Below, in pieces: positions 63,727 to 64,000 of a stretch of 64,000 nt of DNA (the first letter of the stretch is position 1; each line of letters begins with the position of its first letter). Both the position numbers and the translations under genes were made by a program. The stretch is from Octopus sinensis (lineage: Eukaryota): assembly GCF_006345805.1 (NCBI RefSeq), contig NC_043006.1, forward strand, positions 21,390,001 through 21,454,000, written 5' to 3'. The notes beneath the pieces are model-generated. The model did not search any database, was not told the DNA's origin, and saw nothing but the letters and a program-made list of their open reading frames with translations.

Positions 63727-64000
63727 ATCACGTGATCACTTGACCGACCAGACCATCAGATGTTGTTACACATCGCGTTCGCATTGTTTTACCCTTCGAA
63801 TGACGCCACCCCGCTGGCTAAGCGAGCAGGCCAACAGAAGAAAGAGTGGGAGAAAGAGTGGTGAAAGAGTACAGCAGGGATCACCACCCCCTGCCGGAGC
63901 GTCGTGGAGCTTTTAGGTGTTTTCGCTCAATAAACACTCACAAACCGCGATCCTACGACCGCGAGTCCGCTGCCCTAACCACTGGGCCATTGCGCCTCCA
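63727..64000 (-). mobile_element. SINE with B-type head and a third tail type
   Basis: B head at the window end; tail CGGGGTGGCGTCATTCGAAGG...CAACATCTGATGGTCTGGTCGGTCA..GTGATC, also seen alone at about 16935-17040 on the plus strand. Confidence 0.8.

Overview
AT-rich, microsatellite-saturated animal non-coding DNA with one 100-N scaffold gap (43112-43211). The repeat families look like octopus/cephalopod ones, an inference from recalled repeat sequences and not a database match. No host protein-coding gene, rRNA, intact tRNA or CRISPR array is supported, and most ORF-track entries are microsatellite translations. The window is a nested transposon graveyard. It holds a near full-length R4/Dong-type RLE LINE lying between (AAT)n tracts, RTE fragments, several Penelope-like (PLE) RT/GIY-YIG fragments, three mariner relics (one complete with TIRs and TA flanks), an internally deleted Helitron with STPR-like 23-aa repeats, a MITE, and many tRNA-derived SINEs. 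Two features stand out. (1) At least five unrelated families of type I hammerhead-ribozyme motifs with palindromic stem III, including ~470-490-bp non-coding tandem/inverted units that resemble retrozymes or non-autonomous PLEs, a family with a fixed A6U core variant, and a tRNA-promoter-plus-ribozyme cassette. (2) SINE concatemers built as one head plus (184-bp body)n, each flanked by a single target-site duplication that starts GGTA, one of which contains a captured copy of a neighbouring locus.
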